Shown here piece after piece: positions 42,348-52,316 of a stretch of DNA of 64,000 bases; the stretch's first letter is position 1, and each line of letters begins with the position of its first letter. Below the pieces are notes generated by a model. The model did no database searches and was not told the origin of the DNA. It worked only from the letters and a program-made list of their open reading frames with translations. The DNA comes from Terracidiphilus sp. Its GTDB lineage: Bacteria > Acidobacteriota > Terriglobia > Terriglobales > Acidobacteriaceae. The stretch lies in the NCBI GenBank assembly GCA_036520995.1, contig DATDIQ010000025.1, positions 42,149 through 106,148 on the forward strand, written 5' to 3'. The position numbers and the translations under genes were made by a program.

Positions 42348-44661
42348 TCTGAGGCGCTCCTCCCTCAGTAAGCAGGTCAGAGTGCACATGCCACGGGATG
42401 CTTTCGGTAGAGATTTCGGGATGCTCGCGCAGGTAATTGAGTGCGTAGGTCGGCGCGCCTGGATCGACTTTCTTGTCGACGAACATGGCCTGCTGTTCGG
42501 CCGCTTTCTCGGGTTGGCCCATGCGGCGATAGAGAATCGACAGGTTGTAGTGCGCGGAGACGTCGTCAGGATCGATCTGCTGCAGCTCCTCGAATTGCTC
42601 GAGCGCGGCATGTTCGTCCTTTTGCTGGTAGTAGGTGATGCCAAGCTCGCGACGCGCATCGCGCGATTGCGGATACATTTCGACGACCTTGCGGAAATCG
42701 GAGATTTCGCGCTGGGTGTTACCGGCGCGGCGCTGGAGGAGACCGTCGTAGTAAAGGGCGCGAGCGTTGTTGCCATCGAGACTGAGTGCCTTGCGAATGG
42801 CCGTGCGTGCCGATCCATACTTCTCCCAACTGATCTCGGTGAGGCCAACGTTGGTGTAGCCGTCGACGTAGTCGTGACGCAGCTTGACGACTTCAGTGAA
42901 TGCGGCGACGGACTCGGCGTATTGCGACTCATCGAGCAAGGCGATGCCAAGGTTGTTCCAGCGCATCCAGTCAGGGTTGTCGGCGGGATCGGGCGCCTCG
43001 GGCTTGTTCTCGCCCACATTGAGGACGCGCGTGCGCGACGTAAGCTCGACCACCGGATAGGCTGGATGATCGGGCCCGAAGATGTTGTTGAGATAGCTTT
43101 GGCGCAGGTGGCGGTAATTGACTTTGGCGGTGACCGAGACTGCGCCCGAGACGTCGGCAGGCAGCCGGAACTGATAACGCACCAGCACGGAGCGGCCGGC
43201 GGGCACGGTGTTGTCGTAAGCCGTGGAGTGAATCGTCCACACCTTGTGGTTGTCGACGAATTCGCCTTCGTCGGTGACGGGGCGATTGGTGAAACTGTGA
43301 GCGCGCGGATCGAGCATGCCGTTGGGCTTCAAAAAGCCGCTGTGGTAGATCTCTTTGCCGGCGGAATCCTTCACCGTGAACTCGACCCAGGCTTCGTAGA
43401 GGTCGCGCACTTCGGGGATGAGCGAGTGGCCGATTCCCTTGTTCTGGATGACGACGTAGGCTTCGACGACGTCGTTGGGGGCGAGACGGTAAGCCTCGCG
43501 GCCGAGCGGCGCGATGAGCTTTTCATCGTTGTTTTTCTTCAAGCCGAAGATATCGACGTTCAGATAGTTGCCGGAGCGCAGGAATTCGATGGTTTTCTTC
43601 AGCTGCTCATCGAATCCATAGTAGAAGGGAACGGCGGTGTTGCCGGCGAGCCAGCGATGCGAAGCGAAGGTGCCGTTTTTAGCTCCGTACTCCGGCATCG
43701 AGACGGGGTTGCGCTTCATGTGGCAGCCCTGGCAGGTGGTGAAGTCGGCGGTATAGAAGTTGAGCGGATTACGCTGCGAGAACTTGGACTGCTGCCACTC
43801 GTCGTAGGCGGTGAAGGCGCGCAGGAATTTGTAGTCGTTGAGGGGGGCCGGCAAGCTGGCCTTATGACAGGCAGCACAGAACTCGGGCTTGTGAAGAAAG
43901 TCGTGCATCACGGCTTTGGAATGGCGCTCGGGGTGGCTGAGAATCTCGGCGAACGAAACCTGGCCCGGAATGCGCTTGCCGTTTTCATCGACCGTGACCG
44001 CGGGGACGCCCATGATGACGCTGGCGTTTCCGTTGGTGGAGTCGATGCCGACGACGGAATGGCAGGTCATGCAGGTCAAGCCGTCGGAATCGAACTTGGC
44101 GCGATCGACCTTCGAGTCCTCAGTGAGAGCGGCGCCGAGCACGCCGATGGGATTGTGACAGCTGTCGCAATGGCGCGCGAAGGCTATGCCCCGTGTCTTG
44201 TCGCGGATGAGAATGTTGACGCTGGTGCGGTAGAAAGGCGTGCGGAAGGCGTTGGAATGGAGGGCCTGCCGCCACTGGTTGTACGCCTCTTGATGGCAGG
44301 TGCCGCAATACTCGGCGGAGGGAAACGCGCCGGGCTGCAGGAATCCCTGGCCCTCGACCTGAATGTTTCCGGGGACGAAGGGGTTCTTGGGACCGTAGTG
44401 GAAGTTGTAGGCGGGCGTGACGGTCGCGTTGTAGGCGCTGCGATCGGCTTCGGTTCGCTCGATGGCGCGCGCCTCGAACTTATCGAGCATTTCCTTTTGC
44501 GCCGGCGTGTCGACGGTGGGTGGGGCGCCTTTGGGGAGTGGCGTGTAGGCGGGAGGCGGGGTTAACTCTGCGCCATTCTGCTGCTGCTGTGACAAGACAG
44601 GCAATACCAAACAACCTGCCGCAACCAGGGCGATCCACAACTGCACTGCCATCCCTTTCAT
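42337..44661 (-). CDS. secreted pentahaem c-type cytochrome fused to C-terminal TPR repeats
   Basis: Five CxxCH motifs (CGTCH, CDSCH, CMTCH, CAACH, CQGCH). About 230 aa of C-terminal TPR. ATG at 44661 checked, with GGAG upstream and the signal peptide MKGMAVQLWIALVAAGCLVLP. Confidence 0.8.
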   Translation of the reverse strand: MKGMAVQLWIALVAAGCLVLPVLSQQQQNGAELTPPPAYTPLPKGAPPTVDTPAQKEMLDKFEARAIERTEADRSAYNATVTPAYNFHYGPKNPFVPGNIQVEGQGFLQPGAFPSAEYCGTCHQEAYNQWRQALHSNAFRTPFYRTSVNILIRDKTRGIAFARHCDSCHNPIGVLGAALTEDSKVDRAKFDSDGLTCMTCHSVVGIDSTNGNASVIMGVPAVTVDENGKRIPGQVSFAEILSHPERHSKAVMHDFLHKPEFCAACHKASLPAPLNDYKFLRAFTAYDEWQQSKFSQRNPLNFYTADFTTCQGCHMKRNPVSMPEYGAKNGTFASHRWLAGNTAVPFYYGFDEQLKKTIEFLRSGNYLNVDIFGLKKNNDEKLIAPLGREAYRLAPNDVVEAYVVIQNKGIGHSLIPEVRDLYEAWVEFTVKDSAGKEIYHSGFLKPNGMLDPRAHSFTNRPVTDEGEFVDNHKVWTIHSTAYDNTVPAGRSVLVRYQFRLPADVSGAVSVTAKVNYRHLRQSYLNNIFGPDHPAYPVVELTSRTRVLNVGENKPEAPDPADNPDWMRWNNLGIALLDESQYAESVAAFTEVVKLRHDYVDGYTNVGLTEISWEKYGSARTAIRKALSLDGNNARALYYDGLLQRRAGNTQREISDFRKVVEMYPQSRDARRELGITYYQQKDEHAALEQFEELQQIDPDDVSAHYNLSILYRRMGQPEKAAEQQAMFVDKKVDPGAPTYALNYLREHPEISTESIPWHVHSDLLTEGGAPQNGK

Positions 44662-44701
44662 ATAAACTCCCGCCGGCGGCCTCTTCGACCGGCTTCTTGC
44701 C

Positions 44702-46648
44702 TTACTTGGCCGCATGCGCGATGCTCTTTTGCTTCTCCGCGCGCTCAGCGGCGATTGCGTCATACACACTGGGCACGAGCCCTTTACCCTCTTCGATAGC
44801 ATAGTAGCGATCGACACCTGGAAGCGGGTAGGTCTCCTTCACGCCATCCGGCCAGCGTATCTCCATCTTGTCGACGGTGGTTGCGGGGCCCAGCCCGAAA
44901 TGGAGCCGAAAATCGTTGGAAGATTCGAAACTGCCTCCGCTCATCACGTCGCCGCGCTGCCGGATGCCGTTGGCCGTGAGGTAGACCGTCGAGCCGATAG
45001 CGTCGCGCGGGCTCTTGGGGCCGCCGATCAACAGCAGGCCCACCCAGTGATTATGATCGTCGCTCACGTTGCGCAGTAGAACCGGCGTGTGGTCGAGGCA
45101 GTTGATGACCACGTCGATTTTGCCGTCGTTGAACAAGTCGCCGAAGGCTGCGCCCCGCGCGGGGATTACATCGGCCAGGCCTGTTCCTTCAACCGGGGGA
45201 ATGGTTTCGAACTTCTTGCCGTGGTCGACGTTGTGAAAGAGCACCGAGCGCTCGGCGAAAGAGGTGCCCCAGTTATGCTTGTCGACTTGCGGGTAGACGT
45301 GACCCGCGACAAACATCAGGTCTTTCCATCCGTCGTTGTCGTAGTCGAAGAACTCGGTTCCCCAACTCAAGAACGGATAGGTGGGCTCGGCCATGCCCAT
45401 TTGCGGCGTGATATCGACAAAGTTGCCATCGCCATCGTTGCGGTAGAGCGTTTTGTAGTCGTCAGAGAAGGTGGTGGTGTAGAGATCGAGACGGCCGTTA
45501 TTGGCGTAGTCGCCGACTGCGAGCCCCATCGACGCTGTTTCGCGCGCGTCCTGGTTGAGAGCGAAGCCGGAGTAGAAGCTTGCATCCTGAAACGTGCCGT
45601 CGCCCTTGTTCATGTAGAGATAGTTGGGCGAAGAGTCGTCGGCCACCAGCAAGTCGACTTTACCGTCGTTGTCGATGTCGACAAACGTGGAGGAGAAACC
45701 GTAGTACCGCCGCTTATCGCTCACACCTGCCTTAACGCTGACATCGGTGAATGTGCCGTCGCCATTGTTGTGGAAGAGATGGTCTGGTTCGCCAGGCAAG
45801 CCCCGCGGACCGCAGAGCGTTTGCGCTCCGCGATAGGAACAATTGGCATAGCCGACGGCCTTCGATCCCGGAACAGGGAGATTATTTGGATCCCAGTGCA
45901 CATAGCCGGGAACGAATAAATCGAGGAGCCCATCGCCGTCGTAGTCGCCGAAGCTTGGGCCGGTGGACCAGTTGCCCAGAGTGACGCCCGCGGTTTCGGC
46001 AATGTCTGTGAAGGTTCCATCGTGATTGTTGTGATAGAGACGGTTTTTGCCGTAGTTGGCCACGTAGAGATCGGGCCAGCCGTCGTTGTCAAAGTCTCCA
46101 ACCGCAGCCCCGAATCCCCAGCGATCGTTCTGGACGCCGGCCTTGGCGCTGACGTCGGTAAAGGTACCGTCATGATTGTTGTGGAAGAGCGCGGCATGGG
46201 GAGGCTCGGCTTTCCCATCGAGCGCCGCGTTGGTTGAGCCGTTCACGATGTAGATGTCGAGCCATCCATCGTGGTCATAATCGAGAAGGGCAACGCCGGA
46301 GCCGATGGTCTCGAGGATGTAAGACTTCTGCGGCGTTCCCATGGTGTGATGCCATACGTTGAGGCCGGCCTTTTCCGAGATGTCTTGAAAGACAACTGGG
46401 CCCGTTTTCACGAATCCGCCGGCGGTGATGGGGCGCTTCTCGGAGTCGAGGACTGGAGCGAAAACTCCCCCGGTTGCCGAGCCGCCCTGTTCCTGGACGG
46501 GCTGGGCTTCGCCGTTGCCGCCATAGATTGGAGGCTGGGCTGGAGACTGGGCCTGCCCAAACGCAAGAGCCGGCGATGCCGCAACGCACAATGCAAGAAA
46601 ACCACTTGAGACGCGCTGGCGCGCCGAACTCCACGCAGAACAAATCAA
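44702..46648 (-). CDS. CRTAC1-family protein (FG-GAP/VCBS repeats + ASPIC/UnbV C-terminal domain)
   Basis: 648 aa with a signal peptide. Repeated DxDxDGxxD-type FG-GAP motifs (DYDHDGWLDIY, DFDNDGWPDLY, DYDGDGLLDLF, DIDNDGKVDLL, DYDNDGWKDLM). C-terminal UnbV/ASPIC-like region (GSTVYLTANGIRQRGDVMSGGSFESSND). TTG start. Confidence 0.85.
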   Translation of the reverse strand: MICSAWSSARQRVSSGFLALCVAASPALAFGQAQSPAQPPIYGGNGEAQPVQEQGGSATGGVFAPVLDSEKRPITAGGFVKTGPVVFQDISEKAGLNVWHHTMGTPQKSYILETIGSGVALLDYDHDGWLDIYIVNGSTNAALDGKAEPPHAALFHNNHDGTFTDVSAKAGVQNDRWGFGAAVGDFDNDGWPDLYVANYGKNRLYHNNHDGTFTDIAETAGVTLGNWSTGPSFGDYDGDGLLDLFVPGYVHWDPNNLPVPGSKAVGYANCSYRGAQTLCGPRGLPGEPDHLFHNNGDGTFTDVSVKAGVSDKRRYYGFSSTFVDIDNDGKVDLLVADDSSPNYLYMNKGDGTFQDASFYSGFALNQDARETASMGLAVGDYANNGRLDLYTTTFSDDYKTLYRNDGDGNFVDITPQMGMAEPTYPFLSWGTEFFDYDNDGWKDLMFVAGHVYPQVDKHNWGTSFAERSVLFHNVDHGKKFETIPPVEGTGLADVIPARGAAFGDLFNDGKIDVVINCLDHTPVLLRNVSDDHNHWVGLLLIGGPKSPRDAIGSTVYLTANGIRQRGDVMSGGSFESSNDFRLHFGLGPATTVDKMEIRWPDGVKETYPLPGVDRYYAIEEGKGLVPSVYDAIAAERAEKQKSIAHAAK

Positions 46649-46879
46649 TTTCAGGACCTCACGGGGCAGGGGATTGCTTAGCTCACTATTGTCAAGACTT
46701 CATACAACAACTGTCCACGACTTTTTGGTGGGCTATGAGCTCGATCTTCAGTTGGAGGGGCGCGGACGGACCCATTGAAAAGACACGAGATCCCGATGCG
46801 TGAGCCGGGAACCGTTTACCACCCGGCGTTGGAACCACAGGAAATAACGCGAGAAACGGTGGGGGAGGGGCGACGTGGG

Positions 46880-48067
46880 TCAGAACTCCATGGGCAAGCC
46901 GACGTAGTTTTCGGCAAGTATGGTTGCGGCGGCCGTTGAGCTGGTGAGGTAGTCGAGCTCGGCGAGTTGGCGGCGGCGATCGAAGTCGTTGTGATCATTG
47001 ATGCGATGCAGCAGCGAGGTCATCCACCAGGAAAAGCGCTGCGCTTTCCAGACCCGGCGCAGACAGATGGAGGAATACTGATCGAGTTCGCGGGCGGAGC
47101 GGTTGCGGTACCAGGCGTTGAAGGCTTCAGAGAGGACGAGGACGTCGGCGATGGCAAGGTTCATACCTTTTGCGCCAGTGGGGGGAACGATATGCGCGGC
47201 GTCGCCGGCGAGATAAAGCCTGTCGTAATGCATGGGTTCGCAGACGAAGCTGCGCATACCAGTGACACTTTTCTGCAGGATCGGTCCACGCGTGGGCAGC
47301 CAGCCGTCAGCGGATTGGAAGCGCAGGAAAAGCTCGTCCCAGATACGATCGTCGGACCACTGGGCAAGATCTTCATCCGGCCTGGACTGCAGGTAGAGGC
47401 GAGTGACTTGGGGTGAGCGCATGCTGAAAAGGGCGAAACCGCGCTCGTGGTGCATGTAGACGAGTTCGTCGGAACTGGGAGGGGCCTCGGCAAGGATCCC
47501 GAGCCACCCAAACGGCAGGACACTCTCGTAGAGCCGGAAGTGGCCGGGAGGCGCGGCGGTGCGGCAGATGCCGTGAAAGCCGTCGCATCCGGCGATGTAG
47601 TCGGCGAGGATTTCGAGGGTCTCGCCTTTGTGATCTACCTGAACAATGGGGTGGGGTCCATGGGGGTCGAGGACGGCCGTGTTTTCACAGTCGAAGAGGA
47701 CAGTGCCACCGTCGCGAAGGCGTTGCGCGATGACGTCTTTGACAACTTCGTGCTGGCCATAGACGGTGACGCATTTTCCGTCGGTAAGGTCGGAAAGCGG
47801 GATGCGATGGCGGCGCTGCTCGAAGCCGATCGCGATGCCATGATGCACGAGCGCTTCGCGATCGAGGCGATCGCCGAGGCCAGTGCGACGAAGCAGATCG
47901 ACGGTGCCCTGTTCGAGCACGCCGGCACGGATGCGGCTTTCGCAATGGTTGCGGGAACGGACCTCGACGACGATGGAATGGATGCCGTGGAGGTAGAGCA
48001 GGTGCGAGAGCATCAGTCCCGCGGGGCCTGCGCCGACGATGACGACTTGGGTTTGGAGCCGGGACAT
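46880..48067 (-). CDS. pobA: 4-hydroxybenzoate 3-monooxygenase
   Basis: 395 aa. FAD motif VVIVGAGPAGLMLSHLL and PobA-like conservation throughout. ATG checked. Confidence 0.9.
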   Translation of the reverse strand: MSRLQTQVVIVGAGPAGLMLSHLLYLHGIHSIVVEVRSRNHCESRIRAGVLEQGTVDLLRRTGLGDRLDREALVHHGIAIGFEQRRHRIPLSDLTDGKCVTVYGQHEVVKDVIAQRLRDGGTVLFDCENTAVLDPHGPHPIVQVDHKGETLEILADYIAGCDGFHGICRTAAPPGHFRLYESVLPFGWLGILAEAPPSSDELVYMHHERGFALFSMRSPQVTRLYLQSRPDEDLAQWSDDRIWDELFLRFQSADGWLPTRGPILQKSVTGMRSFVCEPMHYDRLYLAGDAAHIVPPTGAKGMNLAIADVLVLSEAFNAWYRNRSARELDQYSSICLRRVWKAQRFSWWMTSLLHRINDHNDFDRRRQLAELDYLTSSTAAATILAENYVGLPMEF

Positions 48068-48076
48068 GGGCGTGGA

Positions 48077-48454
48077 TCAGGAGTCGGACTCGGCGACTTC
48101 GCCGGCGAGGCGAAACGCATGGTTGGCTGCCGGGAGGCCGCAGTAGATGGCGCATTGCAGCAGCGTTTCTTGAATTTCGTCGGGCGTGACGCCGTTGTTG
48201 CTCGCGGCGCGAAGATGGATGCGCAGCTCGTCCCAGTGGTGAAGAGCGACCAACATGGCGATGGTGAGCAGGCTGCGCGTAGGGCGGGAAAGACCGGGCC
48301 GGGACCAGATTTCGCCCCACGCATAGCGCGTGATCAGATCCTGAAACTCGGCGTTGAACGGCGTTATCGAGGCGTTGGTCTTGTCGACGTGGGCGTCGCC
48401 GAGAACGGCGCGGCGGGTTTGCATGCCGGCATTGAATCGATCTTTTTCGTCCAT
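48077..48454 (-). CDS. pcaC: 4-carboxymuconolactone decarboxylase
   Basis: 125 aa from the ATG at 48454 (checked, GGGAGA Shine-Dalgarno). Carboxymuconolactone decarboxylase/AhpD-like motif ITRYAWGEIWSRPGLSRPTRSLLTIAML. Confidence 0.85.
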   Translation of the reverse strand: MDEKDRFNAGMQTRRAVLGDAHVDKTNASITPFNAEFQDLITRYAWGEIWSRPGLSRPTRSLLTIAMLVALHHWDELRIHLRAASNNGVTPDEIQETLLQCAIYCGLPAANHAFRLAGEVAESDS

Positions 48455-48488
48455 ATTCTTTCTCCCGTGAGCCGAGTACGCGGTGCGC

Positions 48489-49832
48489 TCAGCGAGCGCG
48501 TTTGTCGAGAACGCGCTGGATGAAGTGCGACGCGCTGCCGAGGCTGTTGCGCGGATCGAAGAGGCGATCCAAATCCTGATCGGTGAGGTGGGCGCGGATC
48601 TCGGGCATCGTCTGCAGGACGTCGCGCAAGTGTTTCTTTTCAAAGATGGCCTGCCGGGTGGCGCGCTCGAGGAGCTGATGCGCGGGCAGGCGGCCGATGG
48701 ATGCAGAGAGCTCGGCGACAACTCCTTCTGACAGAGTGAGCCCTTGTGTCGCTTCGAGATTGGCGCACATGCGGGCAGCGTCGACTTCGAGACCTTCAGC
48801 GATTTCGACGGCAGATGCGAGAGATGCGGCGGTGAGACGAAAAATCTCCGGCACGGTTTCCCACTCCGCCTGCCATGTGCCGAGGCCGCGCTCGTGTTCC
48901 TGGAGCATGGCGTGAAGCAGCGTGGCAACAAGGGAAGGAACGCGCGTGGCGGCGGCAAGCAGGACGGCCGATGCGATGGGGTTGTGCTTGTGGGGCATGG
49001 TGGAAGAACCGCCGCGGCCTTCGGCGGTGGGCTCCGCGACTTCGGCGACTTCGGTCTGCATGAGAAGCGCGATGTCTTTGCCGAACTTGCCCAGCGTACC
49101 GGTGAGGAGAGCGAGCGTAGAAGCCAGCTCGACCAGGTTGTCGCGCTGCGTGTGCCAAGGTATAGCGGGTTCGGGCAACGCGAGCTTTGCGGCGAGCACT
49201 GCAGAGACAGCCGGGCCTTTTTCGGCGAGCGAGGCGAGCGTACCGACGGCGCCGCCAAACTGCAGCACGATTGCACGACTTGATGCTGCATCGAGCCGGT
49301 CTTGATGGCGACGGAGGGCAGCGAGCACGGAAGCTAATTTCAAACCGAGGGTAACGGGCGGACTGGCCTGCAGCCAGGAGCGGCCGGAGAGAATCGTGCC
49401 GGCGTGGGTGCGGACAAGCTTTTCGAGCGCCGCATCAAGTTTCATAAAGTCGGCGCGCAAGAGCGAGAGCGCATCGCGCATCTGCAGCACGAGGGCTGTG
49501 TCGAGCACGTCCTGACTGGTTGCGCCGAGATGTACGAAACGGGCTACAGGCTCGCTGCGTGTCTGAACGGCGTCGGTGAGGGCACGGACAAAGGGAATGG
49601 CGATGTTGCCAGCGCGATGCGACTCGGCGATGAGGGCTTCAGGATCGGCGAAGTGTGCATCGAGTAGCGGATTGACGGCTTGCGCAGAGCCGGCAGGCGC
49701 GATGCCGTTGGCTTCAAGAGCAGCAAGCAGCGCAGCCTCGAAGCGGGTCATGCAGGCGAGCTGATGCGGCAAGGAGAAGAGCGCGTCCATGGCAGGCGTG
49801 GAGAATTGCGACGATGGCTTTGGTGTGTTCAT
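48489..49832 (-). CDS. pcaB: 3-carboxy-cis,cis-muconate cycloisomerase
   Basis: Fumarate-lyase superfamily signature (GSSTMPHKHNP). Lies in pca context. ATG at 49832 checked. Confidence 0.85.
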   Translation of the reverse strand: MNTPKPSSQFSTPAMDALFSLPHQLACMTRFEAALLAALEANGIAPAGSAQAVNPLLDAHFADPEALIAESHRAGNIAIPFVRALTDAVQTRSEPVARFVHLGATSQDVLDTALVLQMRDALSLLRADFMKLDAALEKLVRTHAGTILSGRSWLQASPPVTLGLKLASVLAALRRHQDRLDAASSRAIVLQFGGAVGTLASLAEKGPAVSAVLAAKLALPEPAIPWHTQRDNLVELASTLALLTGTLGKFGKDIALLMQTEVAEVAEPTAEGRGGSSTMPHKHNPIASAVLLAAATRVPSLVATLLHAMLQEHERGLGTWQAEWETVPEIFRLTAASLASAVEIAEGLEVDAARMCANLEATQGLTLSEGVVAELSASIGRLPAHQLLERATRQAIFEKKHLRDVLQTMPEIRAHLTDQDLDRLFDPRNSLGSASHFIQRVLDKRAR

Positions 49833-49849
49833 GCTGTGCGACACCCCTT

Positions 49850-50395
49850 CTACCATGCGAAGAAGACGGTCTCGTTCTCCCCCTGCAAGACGATATTCCA
49901 TTCCAGCGTGTCGGCGCTTGCGGCTGTGCTCTGCGCGATGAGCGTGTCGCGGCGTTCGAAGTGGAGCGATTGCAGAACCGGGTCGGTTGGGTTGCCAGGC
50001 TCGCCGGGAAAGTACATGCGCGTGATCAGGTGGCGTAGCAGGCCACGGGCAAAAACGAGGACGACGAGATGCGGAGCCTGCTGCGTGTTCTCGTCGAAAG
50101 GGACGGGGCCCGGGCGGCAGGTAGTGAAGGTGAATTGGCCAAGCTCATCGGGCGCGATGCGCGCAAAGCCAGTGGCAATTCCAGAAGCATTGGCGGGATC
50201 GCTCGCGTAGTGACCTTGGGGATCGGCTTGCCAGATTTCGAGTGTCGCGTCGCCCACACCGTTTCCGTTTCCATCGACGACCTTGCCGCAGACGGTGATC
50301 GGCGTAGTTGCTACGGGCTGTGCGGCGCAGCGATGGCCGAGACCGATGGTGAAGAAGGGGCCGACGGTCTGTGACCCGCTGGGTACGAGCTTCAT
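49850..50395 (-). CDS. pcaG: protocatechuate 3,4-dioxygenase alpha subunit
   Basis: 181 aa from the ATG at 50395 (checked), which forms an ATGA overlap with the pcaH stop. TVGPFF and intradiol dioxygenase motifs. Confidence 0.9.
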   Translation of the reverse strand: MKLVPSGSQTVGPFFTIGLGHRCAAQPVATTPITVCGKVVDGNGNGVGDATLEIWQADPQGHYASDPANASGIATGFARIAPDELGQFTFTTCRPGPVPFDENTQQAPHLVVLVFARGLLRHLITRMYFPGEPGNPTDPVLQSLHFERRDTLIAQSTAASADTLEWNIVLQGENETVFFAW

Positions 50396-51105
50396 GGCTT
50401 CACCTTTTCGAAGGGTGTTTCGGCCGATCCGCGCAGCACGATGTCGAATTGGAACGCGAGGGCGTAGTTGGGCTGGGTGATCTCGATGTCGAAGCGGGAG
50501 ATGAGGCGATTGCGCGCCTTCTCGTCGGTGATGCTGTTGAAGATGGGATCGAGGGGTTGCAGGGGGTCGCCGGGGAAGTACATCTGGGTGACGAGACGCG
50601 AGAGAATGCCGGCGCCGAAGAGCGAAAAATGAATATGCGCCGGGCGCCATGCGTTGGGATGATTGGCCCAGGGGTAGGCGCCGGGCTTGATGGTTTTGAA
50701 ACGATAGAAGCCGTCGGCGTCGGTGAGCATGCGGCCACCGCCTGTGAAGTTGGGATCGAGGGGCGCCTGATGCTGATCGACGCGATGACGGTAACGGCCT
50801 GCGGCGTTGGCTTGCCAGACTTCGAGCAGCGCGCCGTGGACGGGCTTCCCGTCTTCATCGAGGACGCGGCCGTGCACCAGGATGCGCTCGCCGATGGGCT
50901 CCCCGCCATGCTGCGCGGTGAGGTCGTTGTCGGTCGGGGCAATGAGGCCGTGCCCGAAGACGGGGCCGGTGCGCTCAGAGATGGTCTTGGGCAAGAGGAC
51001 CAGGGGTTGACGCGGGGAACGCACAACGGATGAGACGTAGGGCGGATAGTGGAAGTCAGGCTGCGTGCCGGTTGGTGGAAGTTCGACGTATGCGGGTTTG
51101 GACAT
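50392..51105 (-). CDS. pcaH: protocatechuate 3,4-dioxygenase beta subunit
   Basis: 237 aa from the ATG at 51105 (checked, AGGAG Shine-Dalgarno). EVWQANAAGRYRH...RPAHIHFS are intradiol dioxygenase motifs. Confidence 0.9.
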   Translation of the reverse strand: MSKPAYVELPPTGTQPDFHYPPYVSSVVRSPRQPLVLLPKTISERTGPVFGHGLIAPTDNDLTAQHGGEPIGERILVHGRVLDEDGKPVHGALLEVWQANAAGRYRHRVDQHQAPLDPNFTGGGRMLTDADGFYRFKTIKPGAYPWANHPNAWRPAHIHFSLFGAGILSRLVTQMYFPGDPLQPLDPIFNSITDEKARNRLISRFDIEITQPNYALAFQFDIVLRGSAETPFEKVKP

Positions 51106-51116
51106 TCCGGCAACTC

Positions 51117-52316
51117 CTAGACACGTTCCATGGCCAGCGCGATGCCCTGGCCGACGCCGATACACATGGTAGCTAATGCGCGCGAGCCGCCGAAGTTTTC
51201 TAGTTCGTGGGCCGCAGTGAGCGCGAGGCGCGCGCCGCTCATGCCCAGCGGATGACCGAGGGCAATGGCGCCGCCGGTGCTGTTGACGTGTTCGGCATCG
51301 TCGGGGAGGCCAAGGTTGCGTAAACAGGCGAGGGCCTGGCTGGCGAAGGCCTCATTGAGTTGGACGCGATCGAAGTCGCCGATGGTGAGGCGCAGTTTGG
51401 CGAGCAGCTTTTGCGTGGCGGGCACGGGGCCGATGCCCATGATGCGCGGCGGAACACCGGCGGTAGCCATTCCCAGAATGCGCGCACGTGGGTTCAGGTG
51501 GTGGCGTTGAATGGCTTCTTCGGAAGCGAGAATCATGGCCGCCGCGCCGTCGTTGATGCCGGAGGCGTTGCCGGCGGTGACGGAGCCGTTGCTTTGCAGG
51601 GGCTGCAGTTTTGCGAGCGCTTCAGGCGTGGTGTCGGGGCGGGGATGCTCGTCGCGCGCGATTGTCGTGATGGTTTTGCCGGAGGTGACTGCGACGGGGA
51701 CGATTTCTTCGGCGAAGAAGCCGGCAGCGTCCGCCTTGGCGGCGCGCATCTGGCTGCGATGGGCGAAGGCGTCCTGGGCGGCACGCTCGACGCGAAAATC
51801 CCTTGCGACGTTGTCGCCGGTTTCGGGCATGCTGTCGGTGCCAAAGCGGGCTTTCATGGCGGGATGGACGAAGCGCCAGCCGATGGTGGAGTCGTAGATC
51901 TCGGGGCCGCGCTGGAAAGGCTTTTCGGATTTCGGCATCACGAAAGGAGCACGGGACATGGATTCGACGCCGCCGGCGATAGCGAAGTCGATTGCGCCCG
52001 CTGCGATAGCGCGTGCCGCCGTGCCGACGGCGTCGAGGCCCGAGCCACACAGTCGGTTCACCGTGACGCCGGGAACGGTTTCGGGCAGGCCCGCGAGGAG
52101 AAGGGCCATGCGGGCGATGTTGCGATTGTCTTCACCTGCCTGGTTGGCGCAACCGAACACGACATCGTCGAGCGCCGACCAATCGGCTTTGGGATTGCGC
52201 GCGAGGAGGGCTCGGATGGGGATGGCGGCGAGGTCGTCGGTGCGCACGCTGGAGAGCGCGCCGCCGTAGCGGCCGATGGGCGTGCGGATGGCGTCGCAAA
52301 GAAAGACGGCTGTCAT
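51117..52316 (-). CDS. pcaF: 3-oxoadipyl-CoA thiolase (acetyl-CoA C-acyltransferase)
   Basis: 399 aa, thiolase family (VNRLCGSGL, NEAFASQ, GGAIALGHPLGMSG, CIGVGQG). Lies in pca context. Confidence 0.9.
   Translation of the reverse strand: MTAVFLCDAIRTPIGRYGGALSSVRTDDLAAIPIRALLARNPKADWSALDDVVFGCANQAGEDNRNIARMALLLAGLPETVPGVTVNRLCGSGLDAVGTAARAIAAGAIDFAIAGGVESMSRAPFVMPKSEKPFQRGPEIYDSTIGWRFVHPAMKARFGTDSMPETGDNVARDFRVERAAQDAFAHRSQMRAAKADAAGFFAEEIVPVAVTSGKTITTIARDEHPRPDTTPEALAKLQPLQSNGSVTAGNASGINDGAAAMILASEEAIQRHHLNPRARILGMATAGVPPRIMGIGPVPATQKLLAKLRLTIGDFDRVQLNEAFASQALACLRNLGLPDDAEHVNSTGGAIALGHPLGMSGARLALTAAHELENFGGSRALATMCIGVGQGIALAMERV

Noticed and set aside
42348-43019. N-terminal part of the 395-aa ORF 41832-43019
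   Set aside because: It overlaps the cytochrome-TPR gene out of frame and has low-complexity S/T/P/R composition. The real gene starts at the ATG at 42347, followed by a signal peptide.
42202-44565. 787-aa plus-strand ORF. Similar long ORFs lie at 26728-28179, 13175-14461, 58253-59527, 31760-32953 and 37194-38525.
   Set aside because: All lie antisense to well-supported genes (cytochrome, fliF, flhA, M13 peptidase, sigma54 activator, GGDEF-EAL). Their compositions are Arg/Gly/Ala/Asp-rich, as is typical of shadow frames in high-GC DNA.
48455-49291. N-terminal 279 aa of the 404-aa ORF 48077-49291
   Set aside because: This part overlaps pcaB out of frame and is Ser/Pro/Arg-rich. Only the last 125 aa (pcaC, with its own Shine-Dalgarno and ATG at 48454) look real.
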